Positions 35,901 through 44,921 of a stretch of 64,000 bases of DNA are shown piece after piece. Position numbers and translations under genes: made by a program. The DNA lies in assembly GCF_004362215.1 (NCBI RefSeq), contig NZ_SNWR01000001.1:2255944-2319943 (forward strand), written 5' to 3'. This DNA comes from Paractinoplanes brasiliensis (lineage in GTDB: Bacteria > Actinomycetota > Actinomycetes > Mycobacteriales > Micromonosporaceae). The first letter of the stretch is position 1. Each line of letters opens with the position of its first letter. The notes beneath the pieces were generated by a model. It saw only the letters and a list, made by a program, of their open reading frames with translations, was not told the origin of the DNA and ran no database searches.

Positions 35901-37828
35901 GCCTGCACACCGGGGCCGGGCTGCTGCGTTACGAGCCCGAGGTGCGGGCGGAGGCGCAGCTGTTCTGGGCCTTCGGCACTACACCCGGGCAACGCGCGCA
36001 GTGGTCCCTGCGGGCGGCGTCGCTCGCCCGGTTGCGCGAGATGTTCGGCTCGGCGGGCGCGGCCTGGGACGAGTTGTGCGCCGAGCTCGGACCGGGCGGC
36101 GAATACCTGGCCGAGGAGCTGGCCGCCGCCCCGGACGGGTTCGCCACCGGCGCCGGGGCCCGCACCCTGCTCGACCGTTTCCACCGCGAGCTGGGCGGGC
36201 CGCAGTCACCGGCCGGGCGTCAGTACGCCGCCGACCTGCGCGCGCTCGAAGGCGACCTGGACGCGCGCCGGCAGTTGGTGCACGCGTGGCTGAACGCCTT
36301 CCGCGCCGCCAAACCGGACGCCGGCGACCCGGCCGACGTGGTCGAGGCTGTGGCCGTCGAGCTGACCGACCTCACCCGGTACGAGGTGTCGGCCTCGCTG
36401 ACCGAGACGGTGACCGGCCTGCTCGGCGTGCACCCGCGGATCAGCGAGGGCGCGTTGACCGTACGGCTGGACGATCTTTTGACGCGGACCCGTGAGCTGC
36501 GGGAGAAGCGGATGCCGGCCTACCGCGCCTACCAGAGGCAGCGGGCGGCCCTGGCCACGGCCGAACGGGACAGGCTGCGGCTCGACGAGTTCAAGCCGCG
36601 GGTGATGACCGCGTTCGTGCGCAACCGCCTGCTCGACGAGGTGTACCTGCCGCTGATCGGCGACAACCTGGCCCGCCAGCTGGGCGCGACCGGCGACGGC
36701 AAACGCACCGACCAGTCCGGCCTGCTGCTGCTGATCTCCCCGCCCGGCTACGGCAAGACCACGTTGATGGAGTACGTGGCCGACCGGCTCGGCCTGATCT
36801 TCGTCAAGGTCAACGGTCCGGCGCTGGGGCACGGCGTGACGTCGCTCGACCCGGCCGACGCGCCCGACGCGACCGCCCGGCAGGAGGTCGAAAAGATCTC
36901 GTTCGCCCTGCAGATGGGCAACAACGTGCTGCTCTACCTGGACGACATCCAGCACACCAACCCGGAACTGCTGCAGAAGTTCATCTCGCTGTGCGACGCC
37001 CAGCGCCGCATGGAGGGTGTCTGGGACGGGCGGACCCGCACGTACGACCTGCGGGGCAAACGGTTCGCGGTGTGCATGGCCGGCAACCCGTACACCGAGA
37101 CCGGGCGCCGTTTCCGGGTGCCGGACATGCTGGCCAACCGGGCCGACGTGTGGAACCTGGGTGACGTGCTGGCCGGCCGGGAGGACCTGTTCGAGCTGTC
37201 CTACCTGGAGAACGCGCTCACCTCGAACACCACGCTGGCGCCGCTGGCCGCCCGCGACCGGGCCGACCTGCCGTTGCTGCTGCGCCTGGCCGACGGCGAC
37301 GACTCCGTACGGGCGGACAGGTTGTCGTACCCGTACTCGGCGGCGGAGCTGGAGCAGGTGCTGTCGGTGCTGCGCAAGATGAAACGGGCGCAGCGAGTGG
37401 TGCTGCGCAACAACCAGGCCTACATCGCCTCGGCGGCGCAGTCGGACGCGGCGCGCACCGAACCGCCGTTCCGCCTGCAGGGCTCGTACCGCAACATGAA
37501 CAAGCTGGCCGAACGCATCGTGCCCGCGATGAACGACGACGAGCTCGAAACGGTGATCGACGACCACTACCTGGGCGAGGCGCAGACCCTGGCCGCCGGG
37601 GCCGAGGCGAACCTGCTCAAGCTGGCGTCGCTGCGCGGCCGGCTGAGCCCTGAGCAGGCCGCGCGCTGGGAGGAGGTCAAGGCCGCGTACCGCCGCGAAC
37701 AGGCACTGGGCGGCGCCGACGACGACCCGATGGTGCGAGCGGTGGGCGCGGTGGGTCTGCTGGCCGACCGCGTACGGGAAATCGAGTCGGCCATCCGCGA
37801 GGTCAGCGGCCCTCGACCACCCGTTTGA
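32996..37828 (+). CDS. giant (1610 aa) protein with a C-terminal AAA_5 (MoxR/McrB/dynein-like) ATPase module
   Basis: GTG start overlaps the flotillin stop (GTGA). Walker A ISPPGYGKTT, Walker B LLYLDDIQH, sensor-1 AGNPY, arginine-rich VPDMLANRAD. Beta-rich N-terminal 450 aa and a long helical middle; the non-ATPase parts have no recognisable family. Confidence 0.7.
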   Translation: MTAETIDAGTYEVLRGRLGARARELAGRAEALNARRIETFGGRGTTLLHTDRIRTENNCVPRDIAQVGGVMLFGYNVFIGLKTETSIADVFAVHRFTGKTFEPATLPGLLDDPAFERDFAELYRYYKQTKLQQLRRIENLLLAVFQTGARGDDLKVLRWRVGADGSVSYVDNRGERDHVFPPQHDFEWIVTGREHHVLGRHPHVSIEDQVFVETVGGSLTVKVENNTENGEGIFSEPVDEPLQSLADAGISYARVGPLILLRVLPYQETVFRFLVFNTRTKDVRRLDGIGQACRRLPDDQGVIFPGGYYLATGAAKTFDADTTDLEFERAIHSVNGEDVLYVFHARTTGRYLLLPYNVIRKEVATPIVGNGYSLFDDGTLVVFRTTTDEPARVHPMQVWQTPYESDTHAATRPAGDGPLDRIGNADLVRGIADALAVDRMVEEMSPSGPVFEAIIAACARVADSYHWLGDPELENLGEPLAEVRATAEQVLDEFESVQVLTAQAADAVTAAESNAASLIGKARAENPTTTGGWVAQLGGLRQEQGRLAGLREMRYADGARIDAVDANLSAAVDETARRAVEHLQRPDAFADYESTVEDLVVSAGAIATTAEAEPVTARIAEQFDGLQAVTEVVGGLDIADATVRVGILERLGTVLGGLNRARATVEGRRRELAAQEGRAEFAAEFALFGQAVSGALAAADTPERCDEHLTRLMAQIETLETRFGEFADFAEQLATKRTEVYEAISGRRQALLDEQARRADRMADSARRILDTVRRRVGTLTDTDQVNTYFATDPMVAKLRSITGDLRTLGDPVRAEELDGQLKAARQDAGRSLRDRQDLYTDGGRTIRLGRHSFAVNTSAIDLTLVPHAGELAFAITGTDYRGPIRDEGFLSTRTFWEQPLVSEDAHVYRGEHLAAAVFADDPAAAVAALTDDSLRDLVRRGAEARYDEGYERGVHDADAALILAALIRLHTGAGLLRYEPEVRAEAQLFWAFGTTPGQRAQWSLRAASLARLREMFGSAGAAWDELCAELGPGGEYLAEELAAAPDGFATGAGARTLLDRFHRELGGPQSPAGRQYAADLRALEGDLDARRQLVHAWLNAFRAAKPDAGDPADVVEAVAVELTDLTRYEVSASLTETVTGLLGVHPRISEGALTVRLDDLLTRTRELREKRMPAYRAYQRQRAALATAERDRLRLDEFKPRVMTAFVRNRLLDEVYLPLIGDNLARQLGATGDGKRTDQSGLLLLISPPGYGKTTLMEYVADRLGLIFVKVNGPALGHGVTSLDPADAPDATARQEVEKISFALQMGNNVLLYLDDIQHTNPELLQKFISLCDAQRRMEGVWDGRTRTYDLRGKRFAVCMAGNPYTETGRRFRVPDMLANRADVWNLGDVLAGREDLFELSYLENALTSNTTLAPLAARDRADLPLLLRLADGDDSVRADRLSYPYSAAELEQVLSVLRKMKRAQRVVLRNNQAYIASAAQSDAARTEPPFRLQGSYRNMNKLAERIVPAMNDDELETVIDDHYLGEAQTLAAGAEANLLKLASLRGRLSPEQAARWEEVKAAYRREQALGGADDDPMVRAVGAVGLLADRVREIESAIREVSGPRPPV

Positions 37829-38207
37829 ACGCTGCGGGCTGCCCGCCGTCGGCCCGCCGGATCGCCGCCCGCAGCAGTCCCGCGAACGGACGCCAAGGCC
37901 CGGTGACCCGGCAGTCGGCGGTCAGGGTGACCCGGGTCCGGTCGCCCTCCGGCTCGCAGGTGTAGGTGTAGGCCGCGGTCACCCCGCCTTGGGCCGAGCG
38001 CACGACGACCGTGCGGCCGGGTTCGACGACCTCGATCCGGCCCGTACGGTCCCGGCCGCGGGCCCGGAAGGTCAGCTCGTTCCCGGCCACCCGGATGCTG
38101 TCCACACCGGACATCCAGGCGGGGGCGGCGGGCCAGTCGGTCAGCCGCGCCCAGACCTCGGGTGCCGGCCTCTCGACGGTCGCGGAGGTGGTGAAAGCAG
38201 TGGTCAC
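37803..38207 (-). CDS. SRPBCC-family protein (polyketide cyclase/dehydrase or Aha1-like)
   Basis: 134 aa with the pattern VERPAPEVWARLTDWPAAPAWMSGV typical of the SRPBCC ligand-binding fold. Confidence 0.6.
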   Translation of the reverse strand: MTTAFTTSATVERPAPEVWARLTDWPAAPAWMSGVDSIRVAGNELTFRARGRDRTGRIEVVEPGRTVVVRSAQGGVTAAYTYTCEPEGDRTRVTLTADCRVTGPWRPFAGLLRAAIRRADGGQPAAFKRVVEGR

Positions 38208-38252
38208 GGCGGTCAGCGTCCCCGTCCGGGCCGGCCTGGTATTGGACGGATT

Positions 38253-39056
38253 TCACATCTCCGGGGTGAATCCCGGCGCCGCCTGCTCCGGGGTGAACGC
38301 GGCGCGCTGCGCCTTCGCGTAGGCCGAGGGCGTGACCCCGGTGTGCCGGCGGAAGTCGCGGATGAAGTGGCTCTGGTCGAACCACCCGTACGCTGCGGCC
38401 AGCCCCGGCCAGTCCACCGGCCCGTAGACGTCGATCGCGGCCAGCAACGCCCGCAACCGGAGGATCCGCGACAGCACGCGCGGGGTGAGGCCGACGATCT
38501 CGGTGAACTCCCGGTCGAGATGCCCGTGCGAGACGCCCAGTTCCCGCGCCAGCGCCGCGATTGCGCGTAACGGATCGGCTTCGAGCGCTCGCACGGCCCG
38601 TTCGCATCGCAGCAGGGCGGGGCTCGGCGGTCCGGGCTTCAGCGCCCTTTCGACCGTGTCGAGCGAGCCGTTCCCTTGCAGCTCACGGCGCAACTCGGCC
38701 GCCCCCGGCCAGGGCACAACCTTTCCCCGTACGGGGGCAGGCCGCAGGCCGAGAATCGTCCGGCACCCGATGGCCGTCGTCACGATGCCGTAGCAATGTG
38801 TCTCGCCGAGCGGCTCGTTGAGGACGGGACGGTCGTGCGGCCCGAGCAGGAACCCGTCACGCGCGACGAACTCCGGCCCGTCCCCGGCTACCAGCCGGAT
38901 CGGATCACCGAGCACCACCACGGCCACGGTCGACCCGGTCGGCGCGATCCGTTCCCGGCGATAGTCGATCCGTCCCCGGGCGAACCAGATCGACTCGACG
39001 AACCGCGCCAGCTTCGGAGGACGCCGCTCCTCGTAGACGAACTCCATGGTCACCAA
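38253..39056 (-). CDS. AraC-family transcriptional regulator
   Basis: C-terminal double HTH_18 (LARELGVSHGHLDREFTEIVGLTPRVLSRILRLRAL...FDQSHFIRDFRRHTGVTPSAY). Divergent from the secreted hydrolase gene. Confidence 0.8.
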   Translation of the reverse strand: MVTMEFVYEERRPPKLARFVESIWFARGRIDYRRERIAPTGSTVAVVVLGDPIRLVAGDGPEFVARDGFLLGPHDRPVLNEPLGETHCYGIVTTAIGCRTILGLRPAPVRGKVVPWPGAAELRRELQGNGSLDTVERALKPGPPSPALLRCERAVRALEADPLRAIAALARELGVSHGHLDREFTEIVGLTPRVLSRILRLRALLAAIDVYGPVDWPGLAAAYGWFDQSHFIRDFRRHTGVTPSAYAKAQRAAFTPEQAAPGFTPEM

Positions 39057-39289
39057 CCCGGCCGCGTCCCAGTTTCACCGCGGCATCATGTCATCACCGG
39101 GCGCACCCGGCCGAGCACCGCCGCGGCGGCCACGGCGGGCAGCGTCGTCACGACGACGAACTGAATCAGGCACAAGGCCGCAACAGCGCCCATGTCTCTC
39201 CTGGTACCCCGTCGTGAACGAAATCCCGCGACATCACCCGTTGACTTCCCAGTGATGAATCTGAAACCTTGAATCCCTGTCCACGAAAA

Positions 39290-39305
39290 AACTTGGCAAC
39301 AAGTT
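39290..39305. promoter_or_regulatory. inverted repeat AACTTG-GCAA-CAAGTT in the AT-rich promoter region upstream of the secreted hydrolase gene
   Basis: Read directly from the sequence. It lies about 90 nt upstream of the hydrolase start, between the divergent AraC gene and the hydrolase gene. Confidence 0.4.
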
Positions 39306-39392
39306 GAAATTTTGTGGCAGAAGTCCCCCATCCCCGTTGGCCGTCGAGACCCCGAACCTCGGCGGCCACACGCGCACACCTAAGAGGACTTC

Positions 39393-42300
39393 ATGAGAGG
39401 ACGAAGACTCGTCACCGGCATCCTGGCGACCGCCCTGGTCACGGCCGGGATCTCCGCCGGCCCCGCGCACGCCGCCGGCGGGCCCAACCTGGCCCAGGGC
39501 AAGACCGCCACGGCGAGCGGCAGCAACGGCCAGTACGGGGCCGGCAACGTCACCGACGGCAACGCGAGCTCCTACTGGGAGAGCCCGAACAACTCGTTCC
39601 CCCAATGGGTGCAGGTCGACCTGGGCAGCGCGGTCAGCATCGACCAGGTCAAGCTGAAGCTGCCCCCGCCCGCCGAGTGGGCCACCCGCACCCAGACGCT
39701 CAGCGTCCTGGGCAGCACGAACAACTCCAGCTGGAGCACGCTGTCGGCGAGCGCCGGCCGCACCTTCAACCCGGGCAGCGGCAACACCGTCACCATCGAC
39801 TTCACCGCCGCCACCGTCCGATATGTCCGCGTCAACATCACCGCGAACACCGGCTGGCCGGCCGGGCAGCTGTCCGAGCTGGAGGTCTACGGTGTGGCCG
39901 GGCAGGAACCCGACCCGGACCCCGACCCGCCGACCGGCGTCAACCTGGCCGCGGGCAAGACGATGGAGGCGTCCAGCAACGTCTTCAACTTCGTCGCCGC
40001 CAACGCCAACGACAACAACCTCGCCAGCTACTGGGAGTCCAACGGCTTCCCGGCCACGCTGACCGCCAAGCTCGGCTCCGACGCCACCGTCACCGGCGTG
40101 GTCGTCAAGCTCAACCCGGACGCCGCGTGGGGTCCGCGCACGCAGAGCATCCAGGTGCTCGGCCGCGCGTCGGGCGCCTCGACGTTCACCTCGCTCAAGG
40201 CGCGCGCCGACTACGCGTTCGGCAGCGGCAACACGGTCACCATCCCGGTGTCCGGCCGGGCCGCCGACGTGCAGCTGCAGTTCTTCAGCAACACCGGCGC
40301 GCCCGGCGGTCAGGTCGCCGAGCTGCAGGTGCTCGGATCGTGGGCCCCGAACCCGGACCTGGTCGTGACGGGCCTGTCCTGGAGCCCCGCCACACCCGAC
40401 GAGTCCTCGACGATCACGGTGACGGCCACCGTACGCAACCTCGGCAGTGTCGCCTCGGCGGCAACCACCGTCGATGTGCGGCTGGGCGGCAACACCGTGG
40501 GCAGCGCGAACGTCGGTGCGCTCGCCGCGGGCGCCTCGACCACCGTCACCGTCAACGCGGGCCGCCGGGCGCAGGGCTCCTACCAGGTGTCCGCGGTTGT
40601 CGACCCGGCGGACACCGTGGCCGAGACCGACAACGCGAACAACACGCTGGTTTCCGGCTCACCCCTGGTCGTCGCTCAGGCGCCCGGCCCCGACCTGCAG
40701 GTTCTCAGCGTCACCCCGAACCCGGCCAATCCCGCGGCCGGCACGGCGGTCACCTTTGCGGTCGCCGTGAACAACCGGGGCACCAGCGCCGCGGCGGCCA
40801 GCGTGACCCGGGTGGCGGCCGGCAGCACCACGCTCAACGCGAACACCGGCACGATCGCGGCCGGCGCCACGGTCACCGTCAACGTCGGTCCGTGGACGGC
40901 GAGCAGCGGCGGCGCGACCGTCACCGCCACCGCCGACGCCACCAACGTGATCGCCGAGACCAACGAGAACAACAATTCCCGTACGCAGTCGATCGTGGTC
41001 GGGCGAGGCGCGGCCACCCCGTACGTGTCCTATGAGGCCGAAGCCGCCCGCTATCAGGGCGCCCTGGTCGAGGCGGACCCGCTGCGCACCTTCGGGCACA
41101 CCAACTTCGGCACCGAGTCGTCGGGCCGCAAATCAGTGCGCCTGAACAGCACCGGCCAGTTCGTCGAGTTCACCTCGGTCAACCAGGCCAACTCGATCGT
41201 CGTTCGGAATTCGATCCCGGACGCCCCGAACGGCGGCGGCCAGAACGCGACGATCAGCCTGTACGCCAACGACCAGTTCGTGCAGAAACTGACACTCTCG
41301 TCGCGCAACAGCTGGCTGTACGGCACCACCGACGACACCGAGTCGCTTTCGAACACGCCGTCGGCGGACGCGCGCCGATTGTTCGACGAGTCGCACGCGC
41401 TGCTGTCCCAGTCGTACCCGGCCGGCACCCGCTTCAAGCTGCAGCGCGACTCTGGCGACTCGGCATCGTTCTACATCATCGACCTGATCGACCTGGAACA
41501 AGTGGCCCCGGCGCTCAACCAGCCTGCCGGCTGCGTGTCCATCACCAATTACGGCGCGGCGCCGAACGACGGCATCGACGACACGGCGGCCATTCAGCGC
41601 GCGGTCACCGACGACGAGAACGGCGTGATCAGCTGCGTGTGGATCCCGGCCGGGCAATGGCGTCAGGAGCAGAAAATCCTCTCGCCCGACCCGAACCGGG
41701 GCCAGTGGAACCAGAAAGGCATCCGGAACGTGGTCATCCGCGGCGCCGGCATGTGGCACACGCAGCTCTCCACGAACACCGAGCCGCAGAACGTCGCCGG
41801 CAACATCAACCACCCGCACGAGGGCAACGTCGGGTTCGACATCGACGACAACACGCAGATCTCCGACCTGGCCGTCTTCGGCATGACCACGAACCGGGCG
41901 AACCGCGGCCACGGCATCAACGGCCGGCTCGGCAAGAACACGAAAATCAGCAACGTGTGGATCGAGCACGTCAACGTCGGCGCCTGGGTCGGCCGCGACT
42001 ACTCCGACACGCCCGCCTATTGGAACCCGGGCGACGGGCTCGAGTTCAGCGGCATGCGTATCCGGAACACGTACGCCGACGGCATCAACTTCAGCAACGG
42101 CACACGCAACTCGCGGGTGTTCAATTCGACGTTCCGCACGACCGGTGACGACTCGCTGGCCGTGTGGGCGAACCCGAGGGTCCGCGACGCCTCGGCCGAC
42201 TCCGCCAACAACAACCACTTCGTCAACAACACGGTGCAACTGCCGTGGCGGGCCAACGGCATCGCCATCTACGGCGGCGCCGGCAATTCCGCCGAGAACA

Positions 42301-42728
42301 ACCTGATCTACGACACGATGAACTACCCGGGCATCATGCTGGCCACCGACCACGACCCGCTGCCGTTCGGCGGGACGACGCTGCTCGCCAACAACGGCCT
42401 TTACCGGGCCGGCGGCGTGTTCTGGAACGAGGATCAGGAATTCGGGGCGATCACTCTCTTCCCGCAGGGCAAGGACATCACCGGCGTGACGATCCGCGAC
42501 ACCGAGATCCTCGACTCCACCTACGACGGGATCCAGTTCAAGACCGGCGGCGGCAACATGCCGAACGTCGCCATCACCAACGTCCGCATCGACAAGTCCA
42601 ACAACGGCGCGGGAATTCTCGCCATGAGCGGCGCCCGCGGCAACGCCGTCCTCACCAACGTGAACATCACGAACTCGGCCGACGGCGATGTCGTCATCCA
42701 GCCGGGCTCGCAATTCCGCATCAACTGA
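39393..42728 (+). CDS. secreted multi-domain glycoside hydrolase: 2x F5/8 type C (discoidin/CBM32-like), 2x CARDB, C-terminal right-handed beta-helix catalytic domain (possibly GH87 alpha-1,3-glucanase-like)
   Basis: Signal peptide MRGRRLVTGILATALVTAGISAGPAHA. Two NVTDGN...YWES discoidin repeats, two CARDB repeats (DLVVTGLSWSP...ATVRNLG), and pectate-lyase-like beta-helix motifs (CVSITNYGAAPNDGIDDTAAIQRAV; NxxxxN ladders). Confidence 0.6.
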   Translation: MRGRRLVTGILATALVTAGISAGPAHAAGGPNLAQGKTATASGSNGQYGAGNVTDGNASSYWESPNNSFPQWVQVDLGSAVSIDQVKLKLPPPAEWATRTQTLSVLGSTNNSSWSTLSASAGRTFNPGSGNTVTIDFTAATVRYVRVNITANTGWPAGQLSELEVYGVAGQEPDPDPDPPTGVNLAAGKTMEASSNVFNFVAANANDNNLASYWESNGFPATLTAKLGSDATVTGVVVKLNPDAAWGPRTQSIQVLGRASGASTFTSLKARADYAFGSGNTVTIPVSGRAADVQLQFFSNTGAPGGQVAELQVLGSWAPNPDLVVTGLSWSPATPDESSTITVTATVRNLGSVASAATTVDVRLGGNTVGSANVGALAAGASTTVTVNAGRRAQGSYQVSAVVDPADTVAETDNANNTLVSGSPLVVAQAPGPDLQVLSVTPNPANPAAGTAVTFAVAVNNRGTSAAAASVTRVAAGSTTLNANTGTIAAGATVTVNVGPWTASSGGATVTATADATNVIAETNENNNSRTQSIVVGRGAATPYVSYEAEAARYQGALVEADPLRTFGHTNFGTESSGRKSVRLNSTGQFVEFTSVNQANSIVVRNSIPDAPNGGGQNATISLYANDQFVQKLTLSSRNSWLYGTTDDTESLSNTPSADARRLFDESHALLSQSYPAGTRFKLQRDSGDSASFYIIDLIDLEQVAPALNQPAGCVSITNYGAAPNDGIDDTAAIQRAVTDDENGVISCVWIPAGQWRQEQKILSPDPNRGQWNQKGIRNVVIRGAGMWHTQLSTNTEPQNVAGNINHPHEGNVGFDIDDNTQISDLAVFGMTTNRANRGHGINGRLGKNTKISNVWIEHVNVGAWVGRDYSDTPAYWNPGDGLEFSGMRIRNTYADGINFSNGTRNSRVFNSTFRTTGDDSLAVWANPRVRDASADSANNNHFVNNTVQLPWRANGIAIYGGAGNSAENNLIYDTMNYPGIMLATDHDPLPFGGTTLLANNGLYRAGGVFWNEDQEFGAITLFPQGKDITGVTIRDTEILDSTYDGIQFKTGGGNMPNVAITNVRIDKSNNGAGILAMSGARGNAVLTNVNITNSADGDVVIQPGSQFRIN

Positions 42729-43154
42729 TTTCCGTGACATCGGCGGTGTTCGGCTCCCGGGCCGGACACCGCCAATTCACACGTACGCCTCGTCACCTCC
42801 CACCACCGCACCGGCGCCGAACCGGGGGTTCCTCGCGGCCCGGTCGGTGGTCACGCCGCGTAGCGCGGGCTCCGGCCGTGGCGGGTGGTTGCGCTCGACG
42901 CGGTCCCGCCCGCTCCACGGCTCGGCTCGGGCGGTGTGTTCAGCGGCGAGGCCGACGGTGGATGCCGTTTGTCCGGGCGATCCCGGGGTAACCGCGCCGT
43001 CCAGGGTGAACGGACGGAAGGACTCTCATGACCGACGAGCACGAGATCGACCGGGGCGCTGCCGAAGAGGGTGCGGGCAGCCCGCTGACCCCCACCGAGG
43101 TCCAGGCGAGCCGGCGGCCACCGTCGGAGCCGGACCCGGAGCGCTTCCCGTCGG

Positions 43155-43607
43155 GTGACGACCGTGAGGCCGAGTAACACCGTCTCGGGGGCGCTGCTCG
43201 GGCTGGGGGTCGCGGCGTTCGCCGACGAGACCGTGTTCCACCAGTTGCTGCACTGGCACCACTTCTACGACAAGTCGACTCCCGCGGTCGGGCTGGTCTC
43301 CGACGGCGTCTTCCACGCGGTCAGCTTCTTCGCCGCGGTGGCGTCGCTGTTCCTGCTGGCGTCGCTGCGGCGGACCGGCTCGTGGCAGCCCCGGCGCTGG
43401 TGGGGCGCGTTGCTCACGGCGGCCGGGGTGTTCCAGCTCTACGACGGGACCGTGCAGCACAAGCTCCTGCGGCTGCACCAGATCCGCTACGACGTGGACG
43501 TCACCCCGTACGACTGGACGTGGAACATCATCGCCGTCGCGCTGATCGTCGCCGGGGTGGTGCTGCTGGCCCGCTCGCGCACCGACCGCGTCGCGGAACC
43601 GGCTTGA
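43155..43607 (+). CDS. DUF2243-family membrane protein
   Basis: Four TM helices with the conserved FHQLLHWHH motif. Confidence 0.6.
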   Translation: MTTVRPSNTVSGALLGLGVAAFADETVFHQLLHWHHFYDKSTPAVGLVSDGVFHAVSFFAAVASLFLLASLRRTGSWQPRRWWGALLTAAGVFQLYDGTVQHKLLRLHQIRYDVDVTPYDWTWNIIAVALIVAGVVLLARSRTDRVAEPA

Positions 43608-44350
43608 TCGCGCTGCTGATCGCTGCTGCCCTCGTCTACGCGGGGGCGGTGTTCCGGCTGCGCCGCCGTGGCGTGGACTGGCCGCCGGGCCGGGCGCTCG
43701 CCTGGTATCTGGGCATCGCCGCCGCCGTGGCCGTGCCGGGGCACGCGCACACGTTCCGCGACCACATGATCGGGCACCTCGTGCTCGGGATGGGCGCGCC
43801 GCTGCTGCTCGTGCTCGCCCGGCCCGTGACGCTGGCATTGCGCGCCCTGCCCGTACGAGCAGCCCGCCGCCTGGCCCGGGCGCTGCGCAGCCGCCCGGTC
43901 GTCGTGCTGACCCATCCCGTGACGGCGGGAGTCCTCGACGCCGGCGGACTCGTCGTTCTCTACACCACCGGCCTGCACTCGGGCGGTTTCCTCGTCGGCC
44001 TGCACCTGCTGCTCACCGGCTACCTCTTCACCGCCGCCGCCGTCGGCCGCGACCCCGCCCCGCACCGCCCCGGCCCGGCCGTCCGGTCGGCCGTGCTGAT
44101 CGCCTTCATCGCGGTCCACGGCATCCTCGCCAAGCATCTGTACGGCCACCCGCCACCGGGAGTACCCGCCGCCGAAGCCGAGCAGGCCGCCCAGCTCATG
44201 TACTACGGCGGCGACCTGCTGCACCTGGCCGTCATCGTGCTGCTCTGCCGCGAGCTGTTCCCCTCCCCCACCCGGGCGTGGCGCCTGCCGCCCAGCCCCG
44301 CCCCGGCCGCGTGCCACAACTCCCCGGTCACCGCCAAGTCCTCCGCCTGA
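43604..44350 (+). CDS. cytochrome c oxidase assembly factor CtaG-like membrane protein
   Basis: Polytopic membrane protein with the HTFRDHMIGHLVLGMGAPLLL motif typical of caa3-type CtaG. Putative TTG start overlapping the upstream stop; the start is uncertain. Confidence 0.5.
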   Translation: MIALLIAAALVYAGAVFRLRRRGVDWPPGRALAWYLGIAAAVAVPGHAHTFRDHMIGHLVLGMGAPLLLVLARPVTLALRALPVRAARRLARALRSRPVVVLTHPVTAGVLDAGGLVVLYTTGLHSGGFLVGLHLLLTGYLFTAAAVGRDPAPHRPGPAVRSAVLIAFIAVHGILAKHLYGHPPPGVPAAEAEQAAQLMYYGGDLLHLAVIVLLCRELFPSPTRAWRLPPSPAPAACHNSPVTAKSSA

Positions 44351-44419
44351 TCGCGCGGCGTTCGATTGGTGACCGGTTCGCGGACGTTTTCGCCGGCTCG
44401 GACGGGGAATTCGACGATC

Positions 44420-44728
44420 ATGCAGCCTGAGACTCCGACGCAGCCGTTGCCGATCGCCCGGGTGAACGTGGGCATGACCGTTGCCGACTCGGCCGGGGAG
44501 GAGGTCGGCACCGTGACGGCCGTGCAGATGCCGGGGACGGATGTGCGGCCCGACCTGCCGGCCGGGGTCGCCGAGCACCTGATGGCGGCCGGGTACCTGC
44601 GCATCGACGGCACGGGACTGCTCTCCAACGACGTCTACGCGGCCGGTGACGAGATCGCCGAGTCGGTCGAGGGCGAACCCGCCACGGTCACCCTGAACGT
44701 CTTGCGGGAAGACCTCGCGCGCGCCTGA
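44420..44728 (+). CDS. hypothetical protein (possibly DUF2171 / PRC-barrel-like)
   Basis: Coding-like composition only; ATG start chosen (MQPETP). Confidence 0.35.
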   Translation: MQPETPTQPLPIARVNVGMTVADSAGEEVGTVTAVQMPGTDVRPDLPAGVAEHLMAAGYLRIDGTGLLSNDVYAAGDEIAESVEGEPATVTLNVLREDLARA

Positions 44729-44921
44729 GTGACCACCCGCCACGGCCGGAGCCCGCGTTACGGCCTTGCGGCCCGCCTGGGTCGCGAGGGGCGGCGAGTT
44801 CCGGCGTTGCTTCTGTGGGAGGTGACGAGGCGTACGGGATGGCTTGTGGGGTGGTCTGTCACGGGTTGCGCCGATGACATATCGTGCCGGAGTGGTTGCC
44901 TTGCGTCACTCTGGAGGGTTG

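Noticed and set aside
39086-39190. 35-aa hydrophobic mini-ORF (MGAVAALCLIQFVVVTTLPAVAAAAVLGRVRPVMT) just upstream of the AraC gene
   Set aside because: It could be a leader peptide or small membrane protein, but it has no RBS and lies in the AT-rich divergent promoter region. Left uncalled.
43028-43180. About 50-aa acidic ORF (MTDEHEIDRGAAEEG...) upstream of and overlapping the DUF2243 gene start
   Set aside because: Too short, low complexity and overlapping. There is no independent support, although a small leader protein cannot be excluded.
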